DNA of 64,000 nt, from NCBI GenBank assembly GCA_011109175.1, contig RDEW01000024.1:737684-801683 (forward strand), read 5' to 3'. Positions 1 to 12,339 of the stretch are shown here, piece by piece (the stretch's first letter is position 1; each line of letters begins with the position of its first letter). This DNA is from Dicyema japonicum (Eukaryota; Animalia; Dicyemida). A program made the position numbers and the translations under genes. A model generated the notes under the pieces. That model was not told where the DNA came from. It searched no databases and saw only the letters and a program-made list of their open reading frames with translations.

Positions 1-960
1 AACAAACATTTTTTAAGTCCATCAACAACTGCCGAAATCTTGCGATACGGAAAAATCCAAAATAATCCCAACCCTGAAGTCCAAAAGAGATCCTTTGGAT
101 CCGGGATCTTTCAGACCAATTTTGCTATCATCTGTAGTATCGAAAATTGTTGCACGTATTGTATTAAAACTAATATCGGAGTATCTTCCCTGATTTTCAA
201 CATGCCTTCCAATTTTGCTATCATCTGTAGTATCGAAAATTGTTGCACGTGTTGTATTAAAACTAATATCGGAGTATCTTCCCTGATTTTCAACATGGCT
301 TTCGTCCACAATACTCCACATCAACACATCTCCCTACCATAACTCAATATATCCCTGATGGTCTCAACAATCTTCGCAACGGACTATCCTTGCATCGATT
401 GACCCAACCAACGCCTTTGATCGATCATCAAGGCTGGTTCTAAGCAACAAAATTATTGCATCTCGAATTCCTCCACGTCTTCAAAATAGGCTATCAAACT
501 TCTTCTCTGGAAGAATTGTTCAGGTTGAAATGATGTCATGTCTATCTCACTACCTATTCCTTCCAAATAAAGTTCCCCAAGACTCCGTTTTGTCTCCTAC
601 CTCATTCAACTTGCACCTAAGCGAGATTCCAACCAATTCCAAGACACTTCTCCTATAGTATGCGGATGACCTGATTATCGCATCTAAAGATAAAGACGTT
701 ATCGAAGGATGTTCAGAACCAATTGAACACTCTTGGAGGGTGGCTTGGAGCAAATCACCTATCCCACTCTCCATCGAAATCCACCGTCGCTGTATTCACG
801 TCCAACGGCTCCCAACTAAATTTACAACCAATTTTAACAAGAAAAACACTCCCCGTTACGAAAAATCCCAAAATACTTGAAGTCATTTTCGACCAACTAC
901 TAACTTTCTCGAAACCGACGTATGATGTCCTCTGTCCCTTTTGCAACCTCTACGTGTGAC
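1..960 (+). mobile_element. Degenerate non-LTR retrotransposon (LINE) reverse transcriptase fragment
   Basis: Hand translation across frameshifts gives KSKIIPTLKSKRDPLDPGSFRPILLSSVVSKIVARI, QHGFRPQYST, VPQDSVLSPTSFNL and LLYADDLIIASK (RT motifs), with stops. Includes a 93-bp tandem duplication (116/209). Confidence 0.85.
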
Positions 961-1149
961 AACAAATCACTTATTTGGATGTCATGAATTTGCACAACGT
1001 TCGTCTACAATGCCGGGACTGACCGATCTATGGGAGCGACCGGCATTTGCTGCGTCCTATTTAACAGCTGCTGACCTTCTACAAGTTAGTGAGGCCGGGG
1101 TTACTTAACTAACTAATCAACATAGTGACAAACACATTATGAATTTATA

Positions 1150-2170
1150 AGTTTAAATTTTTTATTAAAAATGATAAGGACAAAACATTAGTTAGCTGCC
1201 GCCCTCATTGCGTGGCTGTTCCCTCTCAGAATTGCGAGCGAAATTCGCTCAAACAGCCAGCGGCGTTCGCGGAGATCTCCAGTGCATGAGCTGATCCGGT
1301 TTCCAAGACGTCCGAAAAACTCTAGTGTAGAGGGGGAGTAGGATCTGGAAGTTTCCATAGCAAGGGGATCAAATTGGACATTATCGGGGAGGTTGCCGTA
1401 TTTTTTGAGTTTGGACTTCTCCGCCTTGACGGCTGCAGAGCAGGTCCTTGAAGCGCACTAGTGAAGATTGTTCGGGACGAACGTGTCTGTACATGTCACG
1501 TCCCAAACAAGTGGTTTCCCGGCCTCAAAGGGAAATATGGTCATCTCACCCGGTCGTTTCCTGTCACTTCAGCATAACCCGACCGGTTCAAGAATGGCCG
1601 AGTATCCAGCAGCATCCATAGCCCGCTTGACAATCTCATTCAGAACCTTGTGCCTTGAAGATCTACCAGTACTCTTCTTGCAGGCGAGAGGGTGCAGGCC
1701 ATAACAGCCCATCAGGACACCACATCGGCACGGGTGAGGTACACATACTTTCAGTCTCAGCCGCAGAGTTGACAATCTCATTCAGAACCTTGTGCCTTTA
1801 AGATCTGCCAGTACTCCTTTTGCAGGCGAGAGGGTGCAGGCCATAACAGTCCATCAGGACACCACATCGGCACGGGTGAGGTACACATACTTTCAGTTCC
1901 AGCCGCAGAGAGACACCACTTCTAACTCATTCATTATCCAGAAAAGTGCCCAGAGCTCCATTTGAGATGGTGTTTAGCCAAGCTCCGCTCTCAGGGGAAG
2001 CCCCCGAAAGCAAACAAGCGCGTCAGTGATGATTGGCCGATTCCAGTAGGAGTCCAAATGATTTCCAGCACAATAAATTGTCCAGGTTTCGCTGGCAATC
2101 TTGTGAAGGAGGCAGGGGGAGGTTGGTGGCATTCCAGGCTTCTCGTGCGTGGATTATTGGTCAATTGAAA
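1150..2170 (-). mobile_element. CRE-clade-like RLE non-LTR retrotransposon, 3' part (Zn knuckle, restriction-like endonuclease, 3' UTR)
   Basis: Minus strand reads SGAWLN..., CRCG..GLHPLAC..GRSSRHKVLNEIVKRAMDAAGYSAILEP, GK-PDG..PFEAGKPLVWDVTCTDT, WLFERISLAILRGNSHAMRAAAN-stop. 3' UTR is shared with the copies at 33350 and 51265. Confidence 0.85.
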
Positions 2171-2227
2171 ATTCGGGTAGGGAGTGGTACGTACCTAGGG
2201 TAGCCACTTTTCAGGATATACTACACT

Positions 2228-2516
2228 TTATTAAGAGCCATTTTAATTATAGCTCCTCACAGTAGGACAAACACTTTATCTAATCGATAATGGAGAACCA
2301 AGGAATGCTCTTCGCTTCTTTTTTATTTTTATTGGGTGTGAGTCCTTTTGTAGACGATCCGGTTTCCCAGTGAAATGTTCACTGATGACGGCATCACTCG
2401 TCAAAACAAAGTATCGTAGATGTGTGGAACCTTCAGCCAGAATGTAAAGTAGCTTGATTTAAACTAGGAGCCATCAGACCTTCTGCCCGGCACTCGTTAC
2501 ACTGCGCCACCCTGCC
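2228..2516 (-). mobile_element. tRNA-derived SINE, divergent subfamily copy
   Basis: Reverse complement starts GGCAGGGTGGCGCAGTG (A-box-like). It shares the central GGTTCCAC..TGACGAGTGATGCCGTCATCAGTGAA domain and the 3' GCATTCCTTGGTTCT..ATAAAGTGT..GAGCTAT..ATGGCTC with the copy at 61058. Confidence 0.75.
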
Positions 2517-2619
2517 AGAATAAGGAAATAAGACGAATAAGATAAATGACCACAAAGCCTCTGCGTTATTCGTATATAGTAATCCACAAAATAACAACAT
2601 AAATAATATTTATTATTTA

Positions 2620-3008
2620 AAGAGGTTGGCATCACGTCTCAAGACCGTTTGCAGACTGTGGAGGTAAAGAAAAAAAAGAAGTATGACTTTCTTGCAAACG
2701 AGATGGGGCAGATGCTTGGTTACAAGGTCCTTATTTCTATAGTAACGACGTGGGAAGGGATTGCAAAAAAGTACCACAAGGGTTGTCTGAAGCAGTTGGG
2801 GGTAGATAGGAAGCTCCAGGCCTATCTACATTCCACTGTGTTAAAGCGGACCCTAGAGAGCCTGACACTTAAGTATTGGAGGCAGAGCCCTGAGATGCCA
2901 TATGGGCAGAGGGCTCAATTGGATAAGGCGCTCTCGGAGTTGTTTCAGCAACCAGAATCGAACCTGCCTGAGGAGACTGGCGAACAGGCAGGCGATGAAG
3001 GTTGTTGA
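2620..3008 (+). mobile_element. R4/Dong-like RLE retrotransposon, C-terminal endonuclease fragment
   Basis: EVGITSQDRLQTVEVKKKKKYDFLANEMG..IVTTWEG..YH..LKQLGV..LQAYLHSTVLKRTLES matches the RLE C-terminal pattern. Confidence 0.7.
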
Positions 3009-3137
3009 TTATTAAATATATTAACTTTTTTTATAGTTGGTTAAATAAAGTGGATATTTATTATTTAAATAATTGTTAAAATTAATTTAAATTTAAATTC
3101 TGTATCATAAACGTGCCATACTACTTTGGTGGTACCA

Positions 3138-4724
3138 ATGTCAGCGAGTGAATATAGATTCGGGCTAAATAACGTCAAAAGGCTGAAAGAATTCCAAAAA
3201 TCTGAACATAAACCCAATAAAATCAAGGTATAACATCACTCATCCCAGCCCACTGAATCACTCCCAGATTGGTTCAAATCCCCATTAAAAGTCCCAAACA
3301 ACGAAAAGGCTGGAAAAGTCAGAAAATTCTCACTTTTGGACAAACACCTAAGACAAAGACTTAGAAAGAACAAAATCCGTCGACTGTTCCCAAGTTGTCC
3401 CCATTGTTATATCAAATAGTCCAACAGTGCGTCTTACCCTATTTACTGGCCCCCCAAAACCCATACTTTTATTTACACAAGGATCCGTATGACATTTGTG
3501 TGTCTTCCCCCACGGGAAGTGGAAAGACGTTGTTATTCGTCCTTTCAATCATTCAGGTACTCATAATAGTCAACTAAGGCTCTGCGAACTCGACTTCTTG
3601 TACAACTGAGGGCGCTGGTGGTGGTCCCAGTGACCGACCTTGGGGTTCAAATTCACAGTGTATTCAAAGAATATTCCTCCCACACAGATCTCTCAGTACA
3701 GTGTATAATCACCAGGTTGTACTCTTGGGAAGTGGGACCCTATCTTTCCAAAAGGAACAGAAAAGATTAGTTGACTCTGAAATGAGACTACTTGCTGATG
3801 TTGTGATATCAACGCCGGGACGTCTGGTCGACCACATTAGACACACTCGTGGGTTCTCTCTGAATAATCTACGGTTTCTGGTTATCACATGGGTTACTTT
3901 AGGTTATTGATGAGGCGGACAGGATGTTGAGGGATGACAAGCATCAGTGGATTGTGAGGACTCTTCCGTCCCTGGACTGCCAGAAGCTACTGTTCTCAGC
4001 CACCCTCACCCACGAACCCGACAAACTAGCCTCTATCGCCTTATCCAAACCAAAACTGTTCACATCAGCTAGTGGATCTTCATTTGTTAAGCCGGGGAGA
4101 TTGAAGGAGTCCTATGTTATTGTGGATGAGAATACGAGGCCCTTGGTTGTTGTCTATATGATGACCACATGGAAGTACGATAGGGTTGTCTGCTTTGTTA
4201 ATTCTGTTCTCTCGGCTAATCGGTTGGTTTATTGTGATATTCAGTCTTTCTCTTGTTTTGACGGAATATGGAATAAGTGACCTCGCGATACTCACCTCAC
4301 ATCAACCGCCTAAAAAGCGCGCCACAATTTTAAAAAATTTTAATAGTAATTCTATAAAAATGTAATTCTTGATTAAATAAATAGATTAATATGTTCTGAT
4401 ATGGCCACGAGGGGGATTGACTTTGGGGATGTCAAATATGTGATTTCTTATGATTACTGCAAACACTTAAAGACGTATATCCACCGAATTGGAAGAACTG
4501 CACGTGCTGGACATGAAGGAACGAGTATAATATTGCTAAATAAGACTCAGGTTGGTAGTCTGGGTTACCTTGTTTAGTTGAGGCGGTTTATGCGACAGAC
4601 AAGACAGAGTGATGTGAAGACTGTGAGTATTAAAGAATTGAAGGTTAATGAAAAGGATATTAGGAAGTTGGCTAATAAGTTTGAGGATACTTTGTTGAAG
4701 GTCTCAAATAAACTGAATAGCTAA
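3138..4724 (+). CDS. DDX51: ATP-dependent RNA helicase DDX51/DBP6, 9 exons, 467 aa, intact
   Basis: Removing eight GT-AG introns (3228-3248, 3394-3419, 3557-3578, 3696-3715, 3881-3902, 4223-4244, 4362-4384, 4551-4577) gives an open 1404-nt frame. Motifs: LFPIQ, DICVSSPTGSGKT, LRALVVVP, TPGRLVDHI, DEAD, QKLLFSATLT..P.KL, SDMATRGID, YIHRIGRTARAG. Context matches the DDX51 subfamily. Confidence 0.95.
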
Positions 4725-4837
4725 CTATTTTGTACAATAATATATTTTTTGTTATTAATGGAGTTATGCTACATTAGTATTGTATGTGCTTGTTGCTCTC
4801 TTAGGAATGCTGAAGGGCATGGGACTGGGGGTTGCGT

Positions 4838-5434
4838 CTAAGAAAATCTATTAAGTGTATTAAATCTGATTATGGATCGTTTAGGTTCCTTCAGTGAAAG
4901 TCCAAACACCAGGGTTAAGAGAGACTTGCCCAAACGTCTGTAAGACCTTTTATGAATGGCCCAGTGAGAGGCACTTATTAACTACTTAAAAACGATAAAC
5001 GAAATATAATAGGCTTTATGGATTGACCTGTGAGTAATGCGTGGTACGTTTGTGTTATCATCTGGGAGAACAGCGAAATTCGAACTCGGAAGCACCTGAA
5101 TTTTAATCCACATATGACGCTATTTCTAGGCCTTCCACGGAAACACCCTTCCATAGTTTTGTTCGACGCAGATGCTAATTCCATGTGGCCGAATACTCTC
5201 CAGCAAGACTTCATTATCTCGAGGCTTATTGCAGCTGCATCTATTCCAGAGTGTTTGATCTTCCCTCTGAATTCTTAGATTTTTTTAATGCACTCATATT
5301 TACGTCAAATAATTTATTCGAATGCACAATACCGTGATAGGTGAGTCTGATGTGTCTGCTAGGAAGCACGCCATAACAACGAATGAGAAAACACGAACAA
5401 AAGTAATTATTTTGTTTCCTCTCATGATTGCCAT
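4838..5434 (-). CDS. Putative 4-exon hypothetical protein (~170 aa) with hydrophobic N-terminus, convergent with DDX51
   Basis: Hand model with GT-AG introns 5274-5303, 5120-5146 and 4974-5000 removes all in-frame stops and gives 513 nt (MAIMRGNKIITFVRVFSFVVMACFLA...RCSCNKPRDNEVLLESIRPHGISICVEQ...). No family recognised; other splice choices are possible. Confidence 0.4.
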
Positions 5435-5709
5435 GGAGACCAACTGGATAAGTCATCCCTTTTCGAGGTCATCATGGTTTCTGAGAGAGACAATACGTCA
5501 GTTTTTTTTTAGTTTCTTAAAATTAAATTAATTTGATTTTTTGTTGAGTTAAAAGTAATTCATCATTTTAAATATATTTTTTGAAATTTAATATTTAATT
5601 TTTCAAAAAAATTCTATTCGTGTTTCACGACAATATTAGGATCCTCTTCATTACTCCATCTTCAAAACAACAGCCCTGCCTCCATGGAGTAGTAATGTCC
5701 CCTCCACTA

Positions 5710-5915
5710 TTAGCCCTACTCAGGCAGAACTCAAACTTTATTTAAGAGGTAAGAACTGGCATTGAGAATGCTATTGACTCTCGTTCTTTTTTGTATGAGT
5801 CCCAGAAGACAATCCGGCTCCGCAGTCATGAAACACTGATGACGGGGTCGCTCGTCAAACCAGAAGCTTCACAGACGCGTGAAACCTTCAATCGAATAGA
5901 CAGCAGGGACGAAGA
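5710..5915 (-). mobile_element. tRNA-derived SINE copy (5'-eroded, third variant)
   Basis: Reverse complement AAGGTTTCACGCGTC..TTTGACGAGCGACCCCGTCATCAGTG..ACTGCGGAGCCGGATTGTC..TTAAATAAAGTTTGAGTTCTGCC is homologous to 61137-61330. Confidence 0.6.
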
Positions 5916-5999
5916 AATTTAAAACATCTTGGATTTTTAAGTTTTTTAATAAGGGTTTAATTTTATCTGTTCCAGTCGTATTTATTAAACACAGTCTTT

Positions 6000-6985
6000 T
6001 ATCAAATTTTGATACCTACTCTTAGAGAAATTTGGCCAACTCAGCCTCGGACCCAAGCTATGCTTCTAAGAAAACTGAGGATCAGAAGAGAAGGAAGTAC
6101 CGAAGCATTTCGAGAGATTATTTGTTTGTCTCTAAGTCAGGGATCCTTTCTAATAGTTGACGCTCAATCATTTAAAGGGTCACCGAGGATCCACGTGAGA
6201 CGGGATGGCTTCGAGAGCGTATCTCGAGGCTCATCCGACGTTAGAACTTCAAATCCAGAGGTTCAGCCAAGAGCACTCAACCCCACCAAATGGTATCCCT
6301 CCAGAATGCGACAATCAATCTTAAGCGTCGTTTCAATAACTACCAGGATATCGACCTTAATGGTCCTCACAGGGAGTTCTAGTTCATCATGCCTTTTCCT
6401 TAAGAAGCAGGCATTTACCACCACTATTTTTCAACCTCTTCTTAGCAAACTTTCCTGTGGCCTGATCCCCCAACCAGGGCTGCCACTTTTTTTTAATCCA
6501 TCTACTCTTCAACTCAGAGAGTTAGTTCTGGGCATCTTCTGTACCTTGATTGGTTGAACCAAAGTTGATGCAGTCCCTGTTTTACCTTCACATCTGACAA
6601 AATCATGTTCTTAGGCACAACGAAGACATTTCTAGCCGAAAGTAGCCATGGTCCGTATGATGGGCCTCTTCTCATCAATTCACATGTGACTATCTCACGA
6701 GTAATCATGAGCCAAGCAGACAAGCGACGTTGCCTCTGGATCCAATAGTCACTTTCACAATAGGCAGCCTCCAGTCCCCCTGTAGAACCGGGGCCATCCC
6801 CTTGACATACTTTTAAAGTCATCATCTTCACCCCAGAAAAGCAAGTTTTTCAGGAGATATTGTCTTTCAGTTCCACACCGGTAAGTCTACACATACATCT
6901 CGTAAAAACATCCCCCAATCCACAAATTTGTTAGCACTCCATTCTATCTCTATGATACCATTTAAATGAGTGCTTGTATTTTCAN
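6000..6985 (-). mobile_element. LINE relic: ORF1 (gag-like, degenerate Zn knuckle) followed by the start of the APE endonuclease
   Basis: Minus strand CINFGSTNQGTEDAQN (knuckle-like), then VVNACFLRKRHDELE..KVDILVVIETTL..LEGYHL. Shares AFLG-stop DNA with 29750 and 46360. Confidence 0.55.
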
Positions 6986-7344
6986 NNNNNNNNNNNNNNN
7001 NNNNNNNNNNNNNNNNNNNNNNNNNNNNNNNNNNNNNNNNNNNNNNNNNNNNNNNNNNNNNNNNNNNNNNNNNNNNNNNNNNNNNNNNNNNNNNNNNNNN
7101 NNNNNNNNNNNNNNNNNNNNNNNNNNNNNNNNNNNNNNNNNNNNNNNNNNNNNNNNNNNNNNNNNNNNNNNNNNNNNNNNNNNNNNNNNNNNNNNNNNNN
7201 NNNNNNNNNNNNNNNNNNNNNNNNNNNNNNNNNNNNNNNNNNNNNNNNNNNNNNNNNNNNNNNNNNNNNNNNNNNNNNNNNNNNNNNNNNNNNNNNNNNN
7301 NNNNNNNNNNNNNNNNNNNNNNNNNNNNNNNNNNNNNNNNNNNT

Positions 7345-7560
7345 GGACATGCGTGTTCGGTAGTTGGAAAGATATAATGTTTGTATAAAAATTCGAGGAA
7401 AGGAATGGAAGAAATCGGGGATCTGGCAAAGGTCTTGAAAATCCCAATTTTATTTTGCACGTGATGTGTGAATGTGAACAGTGGGTCTAATGTGATTCCA
7501 TAAATGTAAGTTTGGTTCAAAGTCTCATGTGTCCTTGTATTGATTTTTCTGGACTCCGAT
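7345..7560 (-). mobile_element. LINE ORF2 C-terminal fragment
   Basis: YGITLDPLFTFTHHVQNKIGIFK..LYKHYIFPTTEHACP matches the post-RT pattern YLGI.LD..L.F..H / LYK..I.P..EYA.P. Confidence 0.65.
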
Positions 7561-7569
7561 GTATTGCTG

Positions 7570-8500
7570 TGACTATGAGATCGTTTTATGATTACTTTCC
7601 CATTCGCTAATGGTCAGAACCCGATTTAGTATGCTACGTGTGTTTATACGTACTCTCAGAAAAATTTGGCAGCTTCAGTCTCGGACCCAGGTCAGACTTT
7701 TAAACAATTTCAGGATCAGAAGAGGAGGAAATACTGAAGAATTACGGAGGATCACTTGTGTGTCCCATTTGTTGTTGAGATGTCAGGAATCTTAGGTCCA
7801 CAAGCTGACGATCTAGTCCGTCGGATTCCAATTGACACTCCAAGATAGACCAAGTTAGCGACGTCTTCATGATCCTCAAACTGCACTTCTGTTGGTTGAA
7901 TCATCGAAAGTCAGATCCACAGAGCGTTAGTTATCTCCGTCGAAAAGATCTAACCTCAAAAGATACATTAATGGCTAGTATTTCGCCAGTCGGAAAACGA
8001 CCAGAGTTGATGACAATCTTCCCTTTTGAAGCCGGAAAACCTCTCGTCTGGAACCNAAAGTCAAATCCACAGAGCGTTAGTTATCTCCGTCGAAAAGATC
8101 TAACCTCAAAAGATACAGTAATGGCTAGTATTTTGCCAGTCGGAAAACGACCAGATTTGATGACAATCTTCTCTTTTGAAGCCGGGAAACCTCTCGTCTG
8201 GGACGCCAGCTGCACCAACACGTCTACCCCTTGCAACCTATTCTAAAGTACCTCTGGAGCCTGTTCTGCCGCTAAGAAGGCCGAGAGGTTGAAGCGGGCA
8301 AAGTACATGGTCCCACCAAATGATTTTTGTTCGCTCCAATCCTTGAGTATTCTGGTCCCCTTGCGCCTGCGATGCTGGAATTCATGAGTCGTCTAGGGAA
8401 TTGGATTTCTACACGATCAGGAGACCCCCGTGAGGGCTGCTAGTTATTTGAGCGAATCTCAATCGCCATCCTGAAAAGGAATAGGCAGGGCGGTCGCTGT
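7570..8500 (+). mobile_element. Two adjacent CRE-like RLE 3' fragments
   Basis: ITFPFANGQN..ATCV.TYS..KRRKY..VPFVVEMSG, and KRPELMTIFPFEAGKPLVWDASCTNT..AERLKRAKY..LFERISIAILKRN. An internal duplication is split by a single n at 8056. Confidence 0.8.
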
Positions 8501-8989
8501 ATGACCATTTGCTCACTTTTTTCCGTAATATAAAAAATATTAAATTTTCAGTAATAATTGTGCGTTAAAGCAGGAACTTTGGTTTCCATGATTTTTGACG
8601 ACGGGGATGGGAGTGATCTTAGAGGCAGAATTGGTTCTAAACTGACTGTTGTGAATCGTCTAGTCTGCTAGAATACCAGATGTCTTTCTTTGAGGTTGAA
8701 CTGTCCTTACAAGTCAATTGACGGGAACAATGGTGTTTCTTTTTTCCTTTACGAGTTCATTGAGTAAAATGCTTTAGACAACATCTTGAGTCTAAAATCT
8801 TTCACAGAGATCGGGGAACGGTAGATGAGTGCTCGTCCCGTAGCCACTTCAAAGCTTGGTAAGTGAAAGAGGTTCGGAATCAGCGCTACAAATGTAGGCA
8901 GATTTCTCCCCCAAAACGTAGTTTATATGAAAATCAAAATTTTTTATCACTAAGCTATTTAATACGTGTCTCCATTTCCATTCGTCGGT

Positions 8990-9620
8990 TATATAATATT
9001 GAAATTGCAGTTTTTCCCGCTTCAAAAATCAATGCAAATGAAAATCAGAACTGGATTGGGTATTATTTTAATGAAAAACGGGGAAAATCAACTGTTACTA
9101 CGTCACTTGAGTGTTCCGCTAGCAACCAACTGCTTTCTGGAAATGCCTTCTTTTGTGTCTAAAGAATTCTGTCCCCTTTTTTATAATCGATCGGGATGCG
9201 TGAACCACACTTTCTCTAATGGGTTTCCCAGCTCCTTGCAGGAAACCCTGACCATTTCTCAGCGTCGCCTCAGAAGATAGCTATTCCCTGCGGTGTGGAA
9301 ATCATCTCGAGTTGTGTAGCAATCACATTTCCAATTCACTCTCCATCCGTTCAAGATGTTTTTAAGGCGATTGGAGTAAGGCAAAAAAGGATCTATTATG
9401 ACCAAGTATTTCTTTAGTTTCCTCAGTCGATAGAGTCGCCATTTGGGCCGTCAGAATGAGCTGTCAGCGGGAGAAAAATTTGACTGGCTGTGGACTATAG
9501 AGTTCTTCCATCCAACTGTTTCTGGTGGAGCCAAGTTCCAAGCTATCGAGAAAAAGAATCATTTGCATTTATCCACTCCACTGGAAGGGTTCATATAAAT
9601 GCAAGGACTGGACCTTTTCT
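8990..9620 (-). mobile_element. LINE ORF2 C-terminal relic, Rex1/Babar-like
   Basis: Minus strand ..FLDS.. then RLYRLRKLKK..ELGNPL..ASG..FSPFFIK resembles the RLYFLRKL..LPSG..SFFP C-terminal pattern; heavily degraded. Confidence 0.5.
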
Positions 9621-9639
9621 TTCCTTACCTCTGTAAATC

Positions 9640-10110
9640 TATCTATAAAAGTACCGGCTAGGTTTATCAACGGTCGCATGGGCCAAGTGGTGGCAAACAA
9701 CCAAAAGTGTGATACCTCCCAAATTGAGAACCACAAGGATTACTGTTGTCTCGTGTTCTTCGGTGAGCTCCTCTCCCAAATTGCTAAAAACTTAATTCTT
9801 TTACCATAAGCTGATGATCTCGTGATAGCATCGAAACATCGAAGACTCGAGGAGGCGTCACAGTCCGTCCAAGAGGCATTAAACCCGATGAGTCGGTTCT
9901 CGGTACTCGAAAAACCGCCTTAAAGTCGCACCAGATAAGTCACGTGTAACAACTTTTACTTCATCGCCAAAAGAGTAAACCCGATCCCCTTCATTTTGGG
10001 AGTCACCATGAACTTTCTGCTATCATTCACAAATCAGGTGGATCTGGTAGCCTCAATAATTCAAAAGAACATTAGAATTCTTTAAGCTTTATCACATTCC
10101 CAAAACTGTT
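9640..10110 (+). mobile_element. LINE RT fragment
   Basis: FINGRMGQVV.., ADDLVIASKH..RLKVAPDKSRV..ILGVTMNFLLSFTNQV. Confidence 0.7.
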
Positions 10111-11039
10111 AGTTAATTATGGCTTTGCACGCACGTGCTTATCTCATGAACGCTTTCACTTTGTTATACCTGTTTATGTCTTATTTCGGTAGGAAAGCCT
10201 CATATAACCTGCCATCCCAAGATCTTCTAATTAAATGACAGCCAAGGACACGTGGGTATATGCTAAAATTCAACATGGCTGAAAATTGATGATTTTGAAG
10301 GGTATTTTTGCATAGTAAAAAATAATTATAGAAATAATTGAAAGAAGCTAGCACGTGTCTAAAACAATTGTCGAGTAACTCCTACACTGGGACGGTGACT
10401 AATGTTCGGATTGATGGTTGAGTATTATGATCATGCTTGAACTCTGGGAACTCTTCCATACAGTATCTTAAAGATTAGCCAGTGACTCTTAACAACACTA
10501 AAGAGGATTTATATTCATCTAGATACGTTTAGACTTCTCACTTTGATTGACATATTTCATTTGACATTAAACGTCTAAACTTTTGAACATTTAATCACGT
10601 GAAGCCGACATAGTAGATTTGTCTCATTTTGGTCGGTTTAAACCATTATGTCTTTCAATACCTTGGCGATCCCGTCGTTATGAAGTCAGTTAGTCTACAA
10701 AAAATAGACTATTGACGTTCAGTTAATCAGTTAGCCATTTGGTTGACTGATGGAGGCTGAAACGATGACGTACTTCTAAGTAGGCATTTAATACGATAGG
10801 TATCATGATGGATGAAAGCCCCTGGCTTCATTCTAGTGAGCAAGTACAAGGTAGTGGACTCGGGAGACATCGAAAATCCGAAGTTCTGAACTAATGAAGT
10901 GCAAGTTGACATAAATCGCGTCGATGATACTCAACAACTATGTCAGTCACGTAGGACAGTAATATGTCGTCACTTGGTGGAATTAGTCTGTCATAAGATT
11001 GAATAAGAAAGGAGATAATGGGGAACTCTGAGGAACGTC

Positions 11040-11640
11040 ATTTGATAATAGTCCCAATGCGGAGCATCGATTACCCTGGCGTTCTCGCCCCCGGGGACCA
11101 CTCAAGAAATTGCCTAATCAAAACTTCAGACGTCCATCAATGTTCGACTAATAAATTTTGTCGGTGATCTTCGTCAAACCAGAGAGTCAAATGTCTTCTG
11201 AATGTCGACTGAGTTGACAATTGACTTTTCCTGTCGGGATTTTTGTTTTGGCAGTCTGTTGAGAATTTCTTTAATGTATTTAGGTATGAGACAGTTGATC
11301 GTCCCTCTTTGACGCTCTGCACAAAAAATAGAGCTGAAACCATGCGTCTGAGAGGGAAGAGCGGATGAGTGTCATAACCAGCCTTTCAGGATTCTTCCCT
11401 GAACACATAAAAGCGAAACCGATCTGTAGGAAATGGGATCCTCCTTTGATTTGCCAGGCTTCAGAATTGGATGAGTAACAGGTAGCTTCCATCGAGCGAG
11501 GATTGAGTTGAAATTTATCGAATGGTTGAAAATTGCTCGTTAGATACAGCCACAGTGTCAAACTTTTTCAAAAGAATCGCTGGGATTCCGTCTGGCCCGC
11601 ATGAATGCATGTTCTTCGAACGAGTAATCTACGATGCTAC
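11040..11640 (-). mobile_element. LINE RT N-terminal fragment
   Basis: CGPDGIPAILLKK..PILKPGKSKEDPISYRSVSLLCV..SVDIQKTFDSLW. Confidence 0.7.
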
Positions 11641-12339
11641 ATCCCTCGCTTGTAAATACAATGCTGGACCCCCTCTTTTCGGTTCAATTTAGTGTTTGGC
11701 GGAAGTCGACTCTTTTGTAGGGCTTGTGACAAATTTATCAGTTGAAAACATTAACAACCACAAAGTTTTGTTTCAAAAGAAAGATCGGTCCCACTTTCCC
11801 TCAATTTTTTTTATTTTGAGTCAATAAAGCGATTAAGCGTATAAAAGGTCGAAAATAAAAGAGGTCGAAATATCGGTCCCTTTTTATAGTATCAATCAAA
11901 AAGTTCAAAAGATTCATGACTGATCACATAAATTTGAAAGATTCATGACTGATTGTATAGATCTTCGGAAATATTCTTCCTACAATAAAGAAAATAAATG
12001 GATTCTTACGTAATTGATTGGTGCTCAAAATTCGCTTGGTCATTTCCCTTAATTAGTAAAACTCCACAAAATATAGGAGATTTTTTTGAAGACATGTTTT
12101 TATCAGTTAAGTCACCTGAAAGATTACACACGAACAATGGAAAGGAGTTTTGTAACTCTGAGGTTTCAGCATTATTATGTGACTGGGGGATAACGGCGAT
12201 TCATGGTAGACCAAATGAGATTAAGGAGATCTTGATGGCCATATGAGAAAAAGAAAACAGAATTTAACATACTACACCAATAAATCCTACTTAGATATTA
12301 TTATTATTTTAAACAAAAAGTTTTATTTTATCTTAAAAG

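Noticed and set aside
6009-6557. 182-aa plus-strand ORF as a host gene
   Set aside because: It is the antisense shadow of a LINE ORF1/APE relic.
9250-9520. Gypsy integrase (KYLVIIDPF-like string)
   Set aside because: The wider context fits a LINE ORF2 C-terminus (RLYRLRKLKK) better, and no DDE core follows.
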